A stretch of DNA of 61,497 bases, filler included. It is 3 parts of 3 records of this genome, joined end to end, with 100 filler letters (N's around TTAATTAATTAA, not from the genome) between each part and the next. Parts side by side here need not be neighbours in the genome. Positions count along the whole stretch, not along the records: positions 1 to 29,856 come from SRR22947725_392; 2 more parts are not named here. The stretch is one strand, 5' to 3'. This document shows, one piece after another, positions 1 to 10,219 of this stretch. The notes beneath the pieces were generated by a model. The model was not told the DNA's origin. It did not search any database and worked only from the letters and a program-made list of their open reading frames with translations. Every line of letters starts with the position of its first letter. Within the stretch, counting starts at the first letter, position 1. Position numbers and translations under genes: made by a program.

Positions 1-42
1 GGATTTTGAATCCGGCGCGTCTACCAGTTCTGCCATACTCCC
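1..42 (-). tRNA. tRNA-Leu(CAA), 5' half; the rest lies outside the window
   Basis: Reverse complement reads GGGAGTATGGCAGAACTGGTAGACGCGCCGGATTCAAAATCC: acceptor 5' strand, D-arm with TGGTAGAC, and anticodon stem-loop CCGGA-TT-CAA-AA-TCC. Confidence 0.9.
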
Positions 43-164
43 ATATTGTTTATTTCTTTTACTTGGTTTTTATAGTTAAGTCTATTATCTTAAATTAGTA
101 ATTTAGACTTTAAAAGATTAGTAAAAGCTTTTTAAAAATTTATTAGTAATATTGTATGATTATT

Positions 165-905
165 TTAAAATTTAAAAAGTTTTAAAACAAATAAATAAAT
201 TATTAAGATTAGCATGTTTAAGGCTACTCTGAAAGATGAATAGAAGTTATAAGTTATTTTTGAATAACCAACTCGCCTTAAATAAAAAATTGGTATCTCG
301 ATTATTCTGCAATCATTTTGTATTAATCTTATCATTAATTCAGGTTGAAAATGCGATCCTTTTACTTTTAATTTATCAATTACTTCCTTAACCGCTTTTA
401 TTCTCATTGCTTTAAATGAACATCCTACATCTGTTAAACTGGGACCTTTAAATAAATACTCCAATATTTTAGCAACAATTATATTGCCATACCGTAAATA
501 AGAATACATTTTAGAACCAGTTTGTATCATAGATTTTGATGTTCTTGTGCCAAAAACACAGTCAAAATCATTAAGATATTCTATAAATTTAAAAACATCT
601 AAATGAGAAAAGGTAAGATCGGGTTCGCATGTTACAACTATATCTGCAGAGGCTTCCTTCATTCCTCTTATTAGTGCAGCCCCATAACCCTGTTCTTTTT
701 CTAAAATATATTTCGCATTTGTTTGTTTGATATAATCTTTAGTATTATCGGTACTATTGTTATCAACTACAATAATGCAATTAAATATTTTTAGAGCTTC
801 AAAATTTTCAATACATTTTTTTATTGAATTCTCTTCATTAAAAGCAGGGAGTACAAGATCAATAGTACCAGAAAACTTATTATTTAAATTAATTTTTTTT
901 TCCAT
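165..905 (-). CDS. Glycosyltransferase family 2 (polyprenol-phosphate glycosyltransferase/DPM1-like)
   Basis: VLPAFNEE, VVDNNSTD, GYGAAL and TDVGCSFK motifs; hydrophobic C-terminal tail. Confidence 0.85.
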   Translation of the reverse strand: MEKKINLNNKFSGTIDLVLPAFNEENSIKKCIENFEALKIFNCIIVVDNNSTDNTKDYIKQTNAKYILEKEQGYGAALIRGMKEASADIVVTCEPDLTFSHLDVFKFIEYLNDFDCVFGTRTSKSMIQTGSKMYSYLRYGNIIVAKILEYLFKGPSLTDVGCSFKAMRIKAVKEVIDKLKVKGSHFQPELMIRLIQNDCRIIEIPIFYLRRVGYSKITYNFYSSFRVALNMLILIIYLFVLKLFKF

Positions 906-1885
906 GTCTGTGGAGTTTTATCATTAATAATTTCTAATTCTAATTTATAATCAAATTCTTTTGGACCTCTATTTTTTATATATTCGTGTGTAAGTTCAAT
1001 CGATTTTTCAAGATTTACTTTTGTTTTATAGTCAAGAATTTTTCTAGCCTTATTTGCAGAGCAGGTTGCTAATTTTACCTCTTGAGGCCTATCTTTATGA
1101 AATATATGTTGAGAATTGAAGCCTGTAATATTTGCACATTTATCAGCTAATTCTCTTATAGAAATAAACTCTTCATCCGGCCCTATGTTTATTATTTCTT
1201 TTGAAGCTAGAGGATTCTCAATTGAATTCTCAATGCAATTTATACAATCATCAATATATGAAAAGCATCTTTTTTGAGAACCATCACCATAAATGATAGC
1301 AGGTTTTTTTAAGAGCATCCTATTTAAAAAAATTGACATTACATTTCTAAATGGATCATCATATTTTTGACGAGGTCCAACGATATTATGAGGAACTAAA
1401 ATTGTCCAATCAACATCATGTACTTCACATAGATTTATAAGTGTTTTTTCAGCTGCGACTTTAGCAATACCATAAGGGTCCTGTGGTAAAGTTTCCATAT
1501 CTTCTTTAAATGGTATTTGCTGTGCACCATATCTCGCCATTGATGAACAAAAAATAATTTTTTTAACTTTATTTTCTATTGCAGCAGAAAATGTTGATAC
1601 ACTTGCTTCATAAATATTTTTTGTCACAAAAGATGGAGAAAATACTGAAAGACCTTCATAAGCTGTCGCTGCACAATGAATTAAAATATCAGTATTTTTT
1701 GTAATTTCTTTCATTGATTTATAATCACAACAATCAGAGTTATAAAAAGTAAAATTATTATTTATATTATCTTTATAACCACCAATGAAATTATCATTAC
1801 CTTTAATATTGTGATTTTTTTTTAGAAGATGATGGGCTAAACTTGAACCTAGAAAACCAGCTATTCCTGTTATAAATATATTCAT
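884..1885 (-). CDS. NAD-dependent nucleotide-sugar epimerase/dehydratase
   Basis: GIAGFLG Rossmann motif and YGIAK catalytic motif; start re-assigned to ATG at 1885, which overlaps the upstream stop (ATGA). Confidence 0.85.
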   Translation of the reverse strand: MNIFITGIAGFLGSSLAHHLLKKNHNIKGNDNFIGGYKDNINNNFTFYNSDCCDYKSMKEITKNTDILIHCAATAYEGLSVFSPSFVTKNIYEASVSTFSAAIENKVKKIIFCSSMARYGAQQIPFKEDMETLPQDPYGIAKVAAEKTLINLCEVHDVDWTILVPHNIVGPRQKYDDPFRNVMSIFLNRMLLKKPAIIYGDGSQKRCFSYIDDCINCIENSIENPLASKEIINIGPDEEFISIRELADKCANITGFNSQHIFHKDRPQEVKLATCSANKARKILDYKTKVNLEKSIELTHEYIKNRGPKEFDYKLELEIINDKTPQTWKKKLI

Positions 1886-3783
1886 TGTATTTTTTCTTTT
1901 TTTATATTGATAAAAAAGTAAAGTGAAATAATCATTGAAGAAATCCAGAATACCCACATATATCTTGGACCAGGATTTAAAAAGAAAAAAAGAGCCAATT
2001 GTGAAATTGATACTATAAATAAAGGAATTAATTTTTGGTTTTTAATAAATTTAAGCCTTAAAGAGCAAATTAAACCTATAAGTATGAAATATTTATGAAT
2101 TTCAAATGGGTTAATGAAATTTTTTAACATTTCAATTAACATTAATAGTGTGTCTTTTTCGATACTAAGGGTTTTGATAATATTATAATAATCAAAGAGA
2201 CTTACTTTTATGTTAGCATCGGTGAAAGCAGCTGTTGTAAATAAAACAAAAACACCTCCATAAATATAGTTATGTATTAAAGGTAAAAATATTACTGAGC
2301 CACTAATACAATAAGTTATAGAAATTTTATATTCTTTATTTTTTAAAAGAAAGTAAAGGGGATAGATTAAAAGAAAAAAACTTGAAAAAGTTAAATTAGG
2401 TCTCATTATACATGAGGTTACAATTATTAAGCATGTTAAAGGTAGAGTCTGTAAAAATTTATTTTTATTATCATAAAAATAAATTAATCTTACTAAACCT
2501 ATAAAAAAAATTGTATAGGCAATAGGCTCACTAAATATTTTAGTAAAATATCTAAAAAATTGAAAATAACTAAATCCCATGTGGTGCATTAAAGGAACAA
2601 ATAAAAATGAAATCATCAAAATTATCACAACTTTTTCACTAAAATAAATACTTAGAAGTCTTTTAAATATATAAGGAAGAAAAGATAAAATTATTAAATG
2701 AAGATAATAGGCATTTCCAAAAATTATTTTTTCAATACCAACAAAATATCTCATACCAGGCATCCAATAAAAAACATCTGCCCCACCTCTAAAAAAATTA
2801 TAGAAGTTATTTTCAATAAATGCCTGATTGATTAAGTTACTCCAATATAAATATAGAAACCCATCTCCTCCAGGATATTGATACAAATATGTATTTAAAA
2901 AATTTATATTATTAGAAAATGAAATTATTATTAAAATCAATATGAGAGAAACAGGATAAAGAAGCTCAATACTTATTTTAAGTCTTAGAAAAAATATTTT
3001 TATAATAATTAAATAAAAAGAAAATAATAATAATATTGAAAAAAATGTTTTAAGAATAATTAATTTGATATTTTGATCTATAAACAGTCTGTAATTTTCA
3101 CCATTATTTATAAATTCAAAACTTTTTTTATTTTTATTAATTTTATGACATTCAAGATTTTTATTAAGATTTTCCCCACATACTTTTGAATCTTCAAATA
3201 TTTTTGGAAAATTTAAATTTATTATAAACGGATAATTTTTTTTATTAATGAATTTATTTTCAAAATCCATAGTTGTTCCAGGGGAATTAAATAAATTACT
3301 TCTTAATTCATTTAAGTTTTTTATATTTAGATAGTTTCTATAAAATTTTTGTTTAACTTCAGTATTTAAATTATTATTATTTTGTGTTTCTTTTCCATAA
3401 ATTAAATTATTTCTTTCCCCATCAATCCAAAAGCAATTTTCGCGTTTTTCATAACAAAATGGATATTCAGACTTATAGTATTCAACAGCTTTATCTGAAA
3501 TATTATTAAAATCAACATTACCAAAACTTTTGATCTCCATTTCAAACTTTAATGGAAGGATATTAATTATTAAAATTAAAAAAAAAAATATTGAAATTCT
3601 TATTAATAAAATTTTTTTTTTATAAAAGTTTTTTTTATAAGGTAACGTAAATATTAGAAAATTAATTAGTATAAAGATTATATACTTTATTGGTTGAGAA
3701 GCTGGAATTGTATTAATAAGAAATATAATTAATATTAATGAAATAAGGTAACTAAAAATTTTTTGGTTTCTTATAAATGGCAT
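1882..3783 (-). CDS. Polytopic membrane protein, probable GT-C-fold glycosyltransferase
   Basis: Many hydrophobic segments, a periplasmic loop, GGDG..Y, SEP and RPN motifs; co-oriented with GT2 and the epimerase. Confidence 0.5.
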   Translation of the reverse strand: MPFIRNQKIFSYLISLILIIFLINTIPASQPIKYIIFILINFLIFTLPYKKNFYKKKILLIRISIFFFLILIINILPLKFEMEIKSFGNVDFNNISDKAVEYYKSEYPFCYEKRENCFWIDGERNNLIYGKETQNNNNLNTEVKQKFYRNYLNIKNLNELRSNLFNSPGTTMDFENKFINKKNYPFIINLNFPKIFEDSKVCGENLNKNLECHKINKNKKSFEFINNGENYRLFIDQNIKLIILKTFFSILLLFSFYLIIIKIFFLRLKISIELLYPVSLILILIIISFSNNINFLNTYLYQYPGGDGFLYLYWSNLINQAFIENNFYNFFRGGADVFYWMPGMRYFVGIEKIIFGNAYYLHLIILSFLPYIFKRLLSIYFSEKVVIILMISFLFVPLMHHMGFSYFQFFRYFTKIFSEPIAYTIFFIGLVRLIYFYDNKNKFLQTLPLTCLIIVTSCIMRPNLTFSSFFLLIYPLYFLLKNKEYKISITYCISGSVIFLPLIHNYIYGGVFVLFTTAAFTDANIKVSLFDYYNIIKTLSIEKDTLLMLIEMLKNFINPFEIHKYFILIGLICSLRLKFIKNQKLIPLFIVSISQLALFFFLNPGPRYMWVFWISSMIISLYFFINIKKEKIQ

Positions 3784-4133
3784 AGAAAAAATATTAAAAA
3801 TATATTATTCACTATTTATATCTTTTTAAATTAAATTTTAAACTTTATTTTATTTGAACAAGTGTTTGATCTTTAAGCACTTTATAATTATTTTATTATC
3901 CTTAAAATTTTTCTAAACATTTATGCAAAAAATTAAGTTTGTTGCTTTAATGATTTACTTTTCATTTTTTATCGTAGTAGAATTTAAAAGAGTTTTGAAT
4001 GAAAATTTACTGACCTTGCTTTATAAATTCATCAATGTCTTCTTATATAACTTTTATTATTAAGAAAGATTGTGCCTATTCCAATCTTTTATGGGCACAG
4101 AGCAAAATGATGACTGGATATTTAACATGCTTT

Positions 4134-4168
4134 GCGTCTACCAGTTCCCCTATACTCCCTTATTGTTT
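4134..4168 (-). repeat. Degenerate direct repeat of the tRNA-Leu 5' end plus leader (att-like scar)
   Basis: gcgtctaccagttcccctatactcccttattgttt versus 17-51 gcgtctaccagttctgccatactcccatattgttt: 31/35 identical. Confidence 0.8.
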
Positions 4169-4234
4169 GTTATGGTATTAACTTGCTTTCTAATTGAAAT
4201 TATGTTTTTTTAATTTTATTACTATGTAACTTAA

Positions 4235-4789
4235 ATGAAAAAAATTTTACTTATTTTATTAGTGTTTTTCAATTCATTAGCATTCGCTCAAGAGGATATA
4301 AACATTTCTTTCACAGAAGAAAATGCAAAATATTGGCAATATATCAGTGACCAAACAATGGGTGGTTTATCAAGTGGTCAAGCTGTTCTTGATAAAGAGG
4401 GAGATATGGTTTTTGCAAGACTAACTGGTAATGTAAGCACTGCAAATAATGGTGGTTTTCTTCAAATACGTACAACTTTTTCTTTTGTAGATTTAACTAA
4501 TAACAACTATGAATTGAAAGGTGTGCGTCTCAAGACAAAAGGAAACGGAGAAATATACCATATATTTATTCGAACTAGTGAAACACGTTCTTACAGTGAT
4601 TTTTATTCAGCGACATTTGTTGCGAACAGCAAATGGGAAGTAGTAGATTTACCTTTTAGTAAATTTAAAAATAGATTTTTAAATAAACCATTAGATGGTA
4701 ATGATATTAAAACATTTGGTATTGTTGCTTATGGCAGAGATTTTATCTCTGATGTCTCTGTTTCAGAAATTAGTTTTTATTACCAGTAA
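4235..4789 (+). CDS. CIA30/NDUFAF1-family protein with signal peptide
   Basis: WQYISDQTMGGLS and GNVSTANNGGF motifs; N-terminal signal peptide (AFA). Confidence 0.8.
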   Translation: MKKILLILLVFFNSLAFAQEDINISFTEENAKYWQYISDQTMGGLSSGQAVLDKEGDMVFARLTGNVSTANNGGFLQIRTTFSFVDLTNNNYELKGVRLKTKGNGEIYHIFIRTSETRSYSDFYSATFVANSKWEVVDLPFSKFKNRFLNKPLDGNDIKTFGIVAYGRDFISDVSVSEISFYYQ

Positions 4790-4849
4790 ATAAGGTACCT
4801 CCCTCTGAGTGATATATAAAGAGAGGTATAATTTTTTTTTAATTTCTAT

Positions 4850-4921
4850 TTATGAAAAGACAAAGTATATAATTACAATTACGACAACAGCCGCGACAAC
4901 CCAAGTCCATTTATTATTCAT
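4850..4921 (-). CDS. 23-aa single-helix small membrane protein MNNKWTWVVAAVVVIVIIYFVFS
   Basis: Translated by hand; strong SD AAGGAGG just upstream (about 4927-4933); below the ORF-track cutoff. Confidence 0.6.
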   Translation of the reverse strand: MNNKWTWVVAAVVVIVIIYFVFS

Positions 4922-5083
4922 ACAAGCCTCCTTTGGTATAGATTGATGTTACTACTTTTTAGTTAAAAAGTAATAATTTGTTAAATTTTCAAGGAAAATC
5001 AGATAAAATTTAATTCAGATATTTTAACAATATAGAGTTTATTATGAAGTAGTTTTGTTTATCAAAAATAATAAACTTTATTT

Positions 5084-6517
5084 TTACTTCCATCCACTGA
5101 TGGACTTAACTTCTAAAAATTCTTCTATTCCCCATTTTCCGCCTTCACGGCCATTACCTGATTGCTTATACCCACCAAAAGGTGAGCCATCTGCAAAACT
5201 TGCACCATTAATTTCAACCATTCCAGATCTTAATTGTCTGGCAACTCGTTGTGCTTTTTTTGTATCATTAGTTTGAATATAATTGGTTAGTCCATAATCA
5301 GTATCATTAGAAATTTTAATTGCTTGTTCTTCACTAGAAAAAGGAATTATGGATACAACAGGACCAAATATTTCTTCTTTTGCAATTGCCATATCATTAT
5401 TGACATCAGAAAATACAGTTGGTTTTACAAAATAACCTTTCTTAAGATGAGATGGTCTATCTGGACCTCCTGCAACTAATTTTGCTCCTTCTTCGACCCC
5501 TCTTTTGATTAGAGTTTGAATTTTATCATACTGTATTTTAGATACGACTGGCCCAATGTGTCCCCCTTCTTTATTTGCTAGATCAACTTGAGTCTTTTCC
5601 GCCACTTCTACCGCTTCTTTAACTGCTCTTTCATAAATGGATTCTTCAACAAGTAAGCGGGTAGGGGCATTACAACTTTGTCCAGAATTATTAAACACTC
5701 TTCTTACTCCACGTTTCACTGCTTTTGCATCTGCATCAGCAAAAACTATATTCGCTCCTTTACCACCAAGTTCAAGTGAGACACGTTTAATTGTATCAGC
5801 AGCATTTTTAGTTATTAATTTTCCAGCACGTGTTGAACCAGTAAAAGAAACCATATCAATATCAGGATGGCTTGACAATTGTGTTCCTACACCTGGCCCG
5901 TCACCATTAACTAGATTAAATACACCATTTGGGAAACCTGCTTCATCTATCATTTCAGCAAACAACATTGCAGATAGTGGGGCTATTTCAGATGGTTTAA
6001 GTATCATTGTGCAACCAGCTGCAAGTGCTGGTAATACTTTTAAAGCAATTTGATTAATAGGCCAATTCCACGGTGTAATTAATGCACATACCCCAATAGG
6101 TTCATAAGAAATATAATTTCCTTGTTCTTCATTTAAATAATTTTCAAATTTAAATTTTTTATAATTATCAATAAATGTTTTAATGTGATCTTCCCCGGAT
6201 TTACTTTGCTCGTTTATAGACCAGTCTTTTGGTGCACCCATTTCTTTTGAAATTGCTAGAGCCATTTCTGCTGATCTATTTATATAGATCTTTAATAGAT
6301 TATTTAATAACTCAAGTTTTTTTTCTTTCGGAGTATTCCACCAATTCTCGAAAGAATTCTTAGCTGCTTTAACTGCATCATTAGTATCTTTTTCTGAGCC
6401 AAGAGAAATAACCGCACAAATTTCCTCAGTTGAGGGATCAACTACTTCTAGATCATTTGTTTGATAAGGTTTTACCCACTCACCATCAATATAAAAATCT
6501 TTTTTTTCTTCAATCAT
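5084..6517 (-). CDS. Aldehyde dehydrogenase
   Basis: ITPWNWP, FTGS, LELGGK, NSGQSC (catalytic Cys) and EEIFGP motifs. Confidence 0.95.
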   Translation of the reverse strand: MIEEKKDFYIDGEWVKPYQTNDLEVVDPSTEEICAVISLGSEKDTNDAVKAAKNSFENWWNTPKEKKLELLNNLLKIYINRSAEMALAISKEMGAPKDWSINEQSKSGEDHIKTFIDNYKKFKFENYLNEEQGNYISYEPIGVCALITPWNWPINQIALKVLPALAAGCTMILKPSEIAPLSAMLFAEMIDEAGFPNGVFNLVNGDGPGVGTQLSSHPDIDMVSFTGSTRAGKLITKNAADTIKRVSLELGGKGANIVFADADAKAVKRGVRRVFNNSGQSCNAPTRLLVEESIYERAVKEAVEVAEKTQVDLANKEGGHIGPVVSKIQYDKIQTLIKRGVEEGAKLVAGGPDRPSHLKKGYFVKPTVFSDVNNDMAIAKEEIFGPVVSIIPFSSEEQAIKISNDTDYGLTNYIQTNDTKKAQRVARQLRSGMVEINGASFADGSPFGGYKQSGNGREGGKWGIEEFLEVKSISGWK

Positions 6518-6533
6518 GATGGAATAGTTTATC

Positions 6534-8690
6534 TTAATTATTTTGTAATTTAAATTCTAATCTTCTACGATGTAAAATAGGTTCTGTATAACCTGATGGT
6601 TGATTTACCCCATCAAAAACAAGATCTTTCGCAGCCTTAAACGCAATAGAATTATCATTATCAGTCATAGGAATATAGTTTTTATCATTGGCATTTTGCT
6701 TATCTACCACTTTTGCCATCTTAATAAATGCCTTCAATACTTGATCCCTAGAAACTATTTCATGTTCAATCCAGTTTGCTAGAGCTTGTGATGAAATTCT
6801 GCAAGTTGCTCTATCTTCCATTAAGCCAATGTTATTAATATCTAAAACTTTAGAACAGCCTATTCCTTGATCAACCCAGCGAACAACATATCCTAAAATA
6901 CCTTGAGTATTATTTTCAACTTCGCGCATTATTTCATCTTCTGATAAATTTTGCCCCTTAAGTAGAGGTAAGGTAAGTAAGTCATCCAATGATCCTGCTA
7001 ATTCATTTTTAAGAATATTGTTTTGAATTTCTTTAACATCTACTTCATGATAATGAAGTGCATGTAAGGTAGCTGCAGTTGGACTTGGTACCCAAGCACA
7101 GTTTGCTCCAGATTTAGGGTGACCAATTTTTTGCTTCATCATTTCTTTCATTAAATCAGGCATTGCCCACATTCCTTTTCCTATTTGTGCCTTACCTTGC
7201 AAACCACAATCTAAACCAATTTTGACATTTCTCTTCTCATAGGATGAAATCCACGGTGCATTTTTCATATCAACTTTTTTTAAGAACGAACCAGCTTGCA
7301 TTGCAGTATGTATTTCATCACCCGTTCTATCTAAAAAGCCTGTGTTAATAAAAGCTACTCTTGATTTTGCAGCACGTATACATTCTTTTAAGTTAACACT
7401 TGTCCTTCTTTCCTCATCCATAATACCAATTTTTATTGTACTCTTTGGTAAATTTAATAAACTTTCAACTGCTGAAAAAAGTTGATCTGTAAATTCTACT
7501 TCTTCAGGTCCATGCATTTTTGGTTTTACTATATAAATAGATTTATGTTCTGAGTTTTTATTAGCTTCCTTTTTAAAATCATATGTTGCAATTAAGGTAG
7601 TAATAATTGCATCCATAATACCCTCACCAATTTCTTGATTATCTTTGTTTAAAATTGCTGGCGTTGTCATTAGATGACCAACATTTCTGATTAACATTAG
7701 TGAGCGTGTTTTTAAAAATTCTTCTGAACCTTTATTTGTAGTAAATTTTATATCTTTATTTAATGTTCTTGTGACAATTTGATTATTTTTCTTGAACTCT
7801 GCTTGAAGGTCACCTTTGACTAAACCAAGCCAATTTCTATATGCTAAAATTTTATCATCTGCATCTACAGTTGCAACACTATCTTCACAATCAAGGATAG
7901 TAGAGATTGCTGATTCAATTAAAATATCTGCAATATTAGCAGGATCATTTTTCCCAATAGGATCATTAGCATTAATTAAAATTCTGCAATGAAGATTATT
8001 TTTTAGTAAAATTAATTCTGTAAGTATAGACTTTTGATTTTTTCTCCATCCAATTATTTGATTATTATTTTCCAAATTAATATTTGAATTATTAGCACTG
8101 CTTAAAACAATTTTATTTTCAAGTAATTGAATTTTATTAATTTCACTCCACGACGCATTTAAAAGGGGAGCAAATTTATCTAAATGAGATTTTGCAAATG
8201 CGACAACTCTTGCACCTCTTTCAGATTCATAGTTATTTCCTTTAGGCATATCTCCTAAGGCATCAGTTCCATATAATGCATCATAAAAACTTCCCCACCT
8301 TGCATTTACAGCATTGAGGGCAAATCTTGCGTTTGTAATGGGCACCACAAGTTGTGGCCCACATATGGTTGATATTTCTTTATCAACATTAGAGGTTGTA
8401 ATTTTAAATTCTGGTCCTTCTTTAACAATATAATTAATTTCCTTTAAAAATTTTTTATATTCTTCTAGGTCAATATTTTTGCCTCTATGTGCAACATGCC
8501 ATTCATTTATTTTAGATTGTAAATTTTCACGACGATCTAAAAGATCATTATTTTTTTTATAATAAATATCGACAATATCAGAAAATCCATTCCAGAAATC
8601 TTCACTACTAATATGCAAGCCATTCAATACTTCCGTGTTAACGAAATTAAATAGGTTTAAATTAATTTTTATATTTTTCTGCTCAATCAT
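6534..8690 (-). CDS. glcB: Malate synthase G
   Basis: GPQLVVP, NARWGSFYDALYG, KPKMHGP, GIMDEERRTS and MEDRAT motifs. Confidence 0.97.
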   Translation of the reverse strand: MIEQKNIKINLNLFNFVNTEVLNGLHISSEDFWNGFSDIVDIYYKKNNDLLDRRENLQSKINEWHVAHRGKNIDLEEYKKFLKEINYIVKEGPEFKITTSNVDKEISTICGPQLVVPITNARFALNAVNARWGSFYDALYGTDALGDMPKGNNYESERGARVVAFAKSHLDKFAPLLNASWSEINKIQLLENKIVLSSANNSNINLENNNQIIGWRKNQKSILTELILLKNNLHCRILINANDPIGKNDPANIADILIESAISTILDCEDSVATVDADDKILAYRNWLGLVKGDLQAEFKKNNQIVTRTLNKDIKFTTNKGSEEFLKTRSLMLIRNVGHLMTTPAILNKDNQEIGEGIMDAIITTLIATYDFKKEANKNSEHKSIYIVKPKMHGPEEVEFTDQLFSAVESLLNLPKSTIKIGIMDEERRTSVNLKECIRAAKSRVAFINTGFLDRTGDEIHTAMQAGSFLKKVDMKNAPWISSYEKRNVKIGLDCGLQGKAQIGKGMWAMPDLMKEMMKQKIGHPKSGANCAWVPSPTAATLHALHYHEVDVKEIQNNILKNELAGSLDDLLTLPLLKGQNLSEDEIMREVENNTQGILGYVVRWVDQGIGCSKVLDINNIGLMEDRATCRISSQALANWIEHEIVSRDQVLKAFIKMAKVVDKQNANDKNYIPMTDNDNSIAFKAAKDLVFDGVNQPSGYTEPILHRRRLEFKLQNN

Positions 8691-8750
8691 TTAAGTAAAA
8701 AACTGATATAGGAAAAATTATAAAAGAGAATAAATATTTAATTAAAAGTA

Positions 8751-9173
8751 TTATTTTGATTTACTGTAAGCAGTTCCATATTCTTTAATTTTCATTAACA
8801 TTGAATATACACCGTTCCTTCTACCAGGAGTTAATAACGTATCTAAATCCAATGCTGATAAGAGCTCAAAATTTGCATTAGCTATTTCATTAGGCTTTCT
8901 CCCCCCATAGATTTCACATAGTATAGTGACCATACCTTTTGAAATAAATGCATCTGAGTCCGAATGAAAATAAAGTTTTCCTTCTTCAGTAAAAGGAACA
9001 AGCCAAACTTGAGCTTGGCAACCATCTACTTTAAAGCTTTCTTGTCTAAATTCCTCAGGAAATTTTTTAGCATTCTTGGCTTGATCAAGTAAATATTTAT
9101 ATTTATCCATGTCATCATCAAATAATTCTAAATTTTCCTTAAAATAATTTATTTTTTCTTCAATAGATGTCAC
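8751..9173 (-). CDS. sufE: SufE-family sulfur acceptor
   Basis: VDGCQAQVW, DSDA..KG and LTPGRRNG motifs. Confidence 0.9.
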   Translation of the reverse strand: MTSIEEKINYFKENLELFDDDMDKYKYLLDQAKNAKKFPEEFRQESFKVDGCQAQVWLVPFTEEGKLYFHSDSDAFISKGMVTILCEIYGGRKPNEIANANFELLSALDLDTLLTPGRRNGVYSMLMKIKEYGTAYSKSK

Positions 9174-10219
9174 GACATATACTTTCTAAGTTCCAATGCG
9201 GTTTCTTCAGGTAAGACATCCATAATAAATACTCCCGCCATAGACTCAGAACCTGCTAAAACTTTTGGTTTATCACCATGTCTTAAGGGTGGATAAAATT
9301 CCATATGAAAATGAAAGTTTTTATCATCAAGTTTAGGCGCTGCATGGAGGCCCATGATATATGGACATCTTCTTCCTAGAAAATTATCATACCCTGTAAC
9401 TACTTTTTGAAGAGCTTTTGCAAAAGAATTGTATTCTTCATCTGTAAATTGCCAGGGACCTGCAAGTTGTCTTTTTGGAATAATCCATATTTCATAAGCA
9501 TATCTAGCAAAAGGAGGCACAGCTGCAATAACGTTGTCGTCCTGATAAACAAAATATTTTGTTTCTAGATCATTCATTAATTTCAAAATAAAATTTTCTT
9601 TCTTAAAAGCATCAACTTCTTTTTGAATAACTGGTGGCACAAAAGGAAAGGCATAAATTTGACCATGAGGATGATGAAGGGTAACACCACATTCTTCCCC
9701 TCTGTTTTCAAATGGCATAACATAACTAATGTCGTCTCTATTTAGCAATTGCTTATAGCGATCTGACCATGCATTAAACAGAAGTTCTATTCTTTCTAAA
9801 GGCATTTGAGCTATCGTATCTAAATGATTAGAAGAATATACCACTACTTCACATTCTCCATTTGATGGTTTAACATTTAAGCCATCAACCAAGGTCTGAT
9901 CTTCACTTGTATTAAAACTCGCCCATCTATTAGGAAAAATAGCAACTTCAAAATTTTTAAAAGGAATTTCAGTCGGAAAATTTAATTCTGATCCGGGACA
10001 TAGGGGACAATATTCTTTTGGAGGAAAAGCAGTTCTTACTTTTCGTGTTGCAGAATAAGTAACCCATTCCTGCCTAGATGGATTCCATCGCATGTGTGGA
10101 CTAGGCGACGTTGTTATCTCAAGTTCTTTAGCAGCTTTTTCATTATGTTCTTCATAGCTAAAAAGAAGCAAATGTCTTTTATCATTTCTCTCAAACTCTC
10201 TTTTATAAATTTTTTTCAT
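9170..10219 (-). CDS. galT: Galactose-1-phosphate uridylyltransferase
   Basis: CPLCPG zinc site, FENRG, HPHGQ catalytic motif, LAGSE. Confidence 0.92.
   Translation of the reverse strand: MKKIYKREFERNDKRHLLLFSYEEHNEKAAKELEITTSPSPHMRWNPSRQEWVTYSATRKVRTAFPPKEYCPLCPGSELNFPTEIPFKNFEVAIFPNRWASFNTSEDQTLVDGLNVKPSNGECEVVVYSSNHLDTIAQMPLERIELLFNAWSDRYKQLLNRDDISYVMPFENRGEECGVTLHHPHGQIYAFPFVPPVIQKEVDAFKKENFILKLMNDLETKYFVYQDDNVIAAVPPFARYAYEIWIIPKRQLAGPWQFTDEEYNSFAKALQKVVTGYDNFLGRRCPYIMGLHAAPKLDDKNFHFHMEFYPPLRHGDKPKVLAGSESMAGVFIMDVLPEETALELRKYMS

Noticed and set aside
4090-4160. A second intact tRNA gene
   Set aside because: Only the 5' 26 nt or so match; the anticodon arm and 3' half cannot be folded
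5055-6782. Plus-strand ORFs 5055-5276, 5637-6053 and 6600-6782
   Set aside because: Antisense shadows of the ALDH and glcB genes, with no motifs
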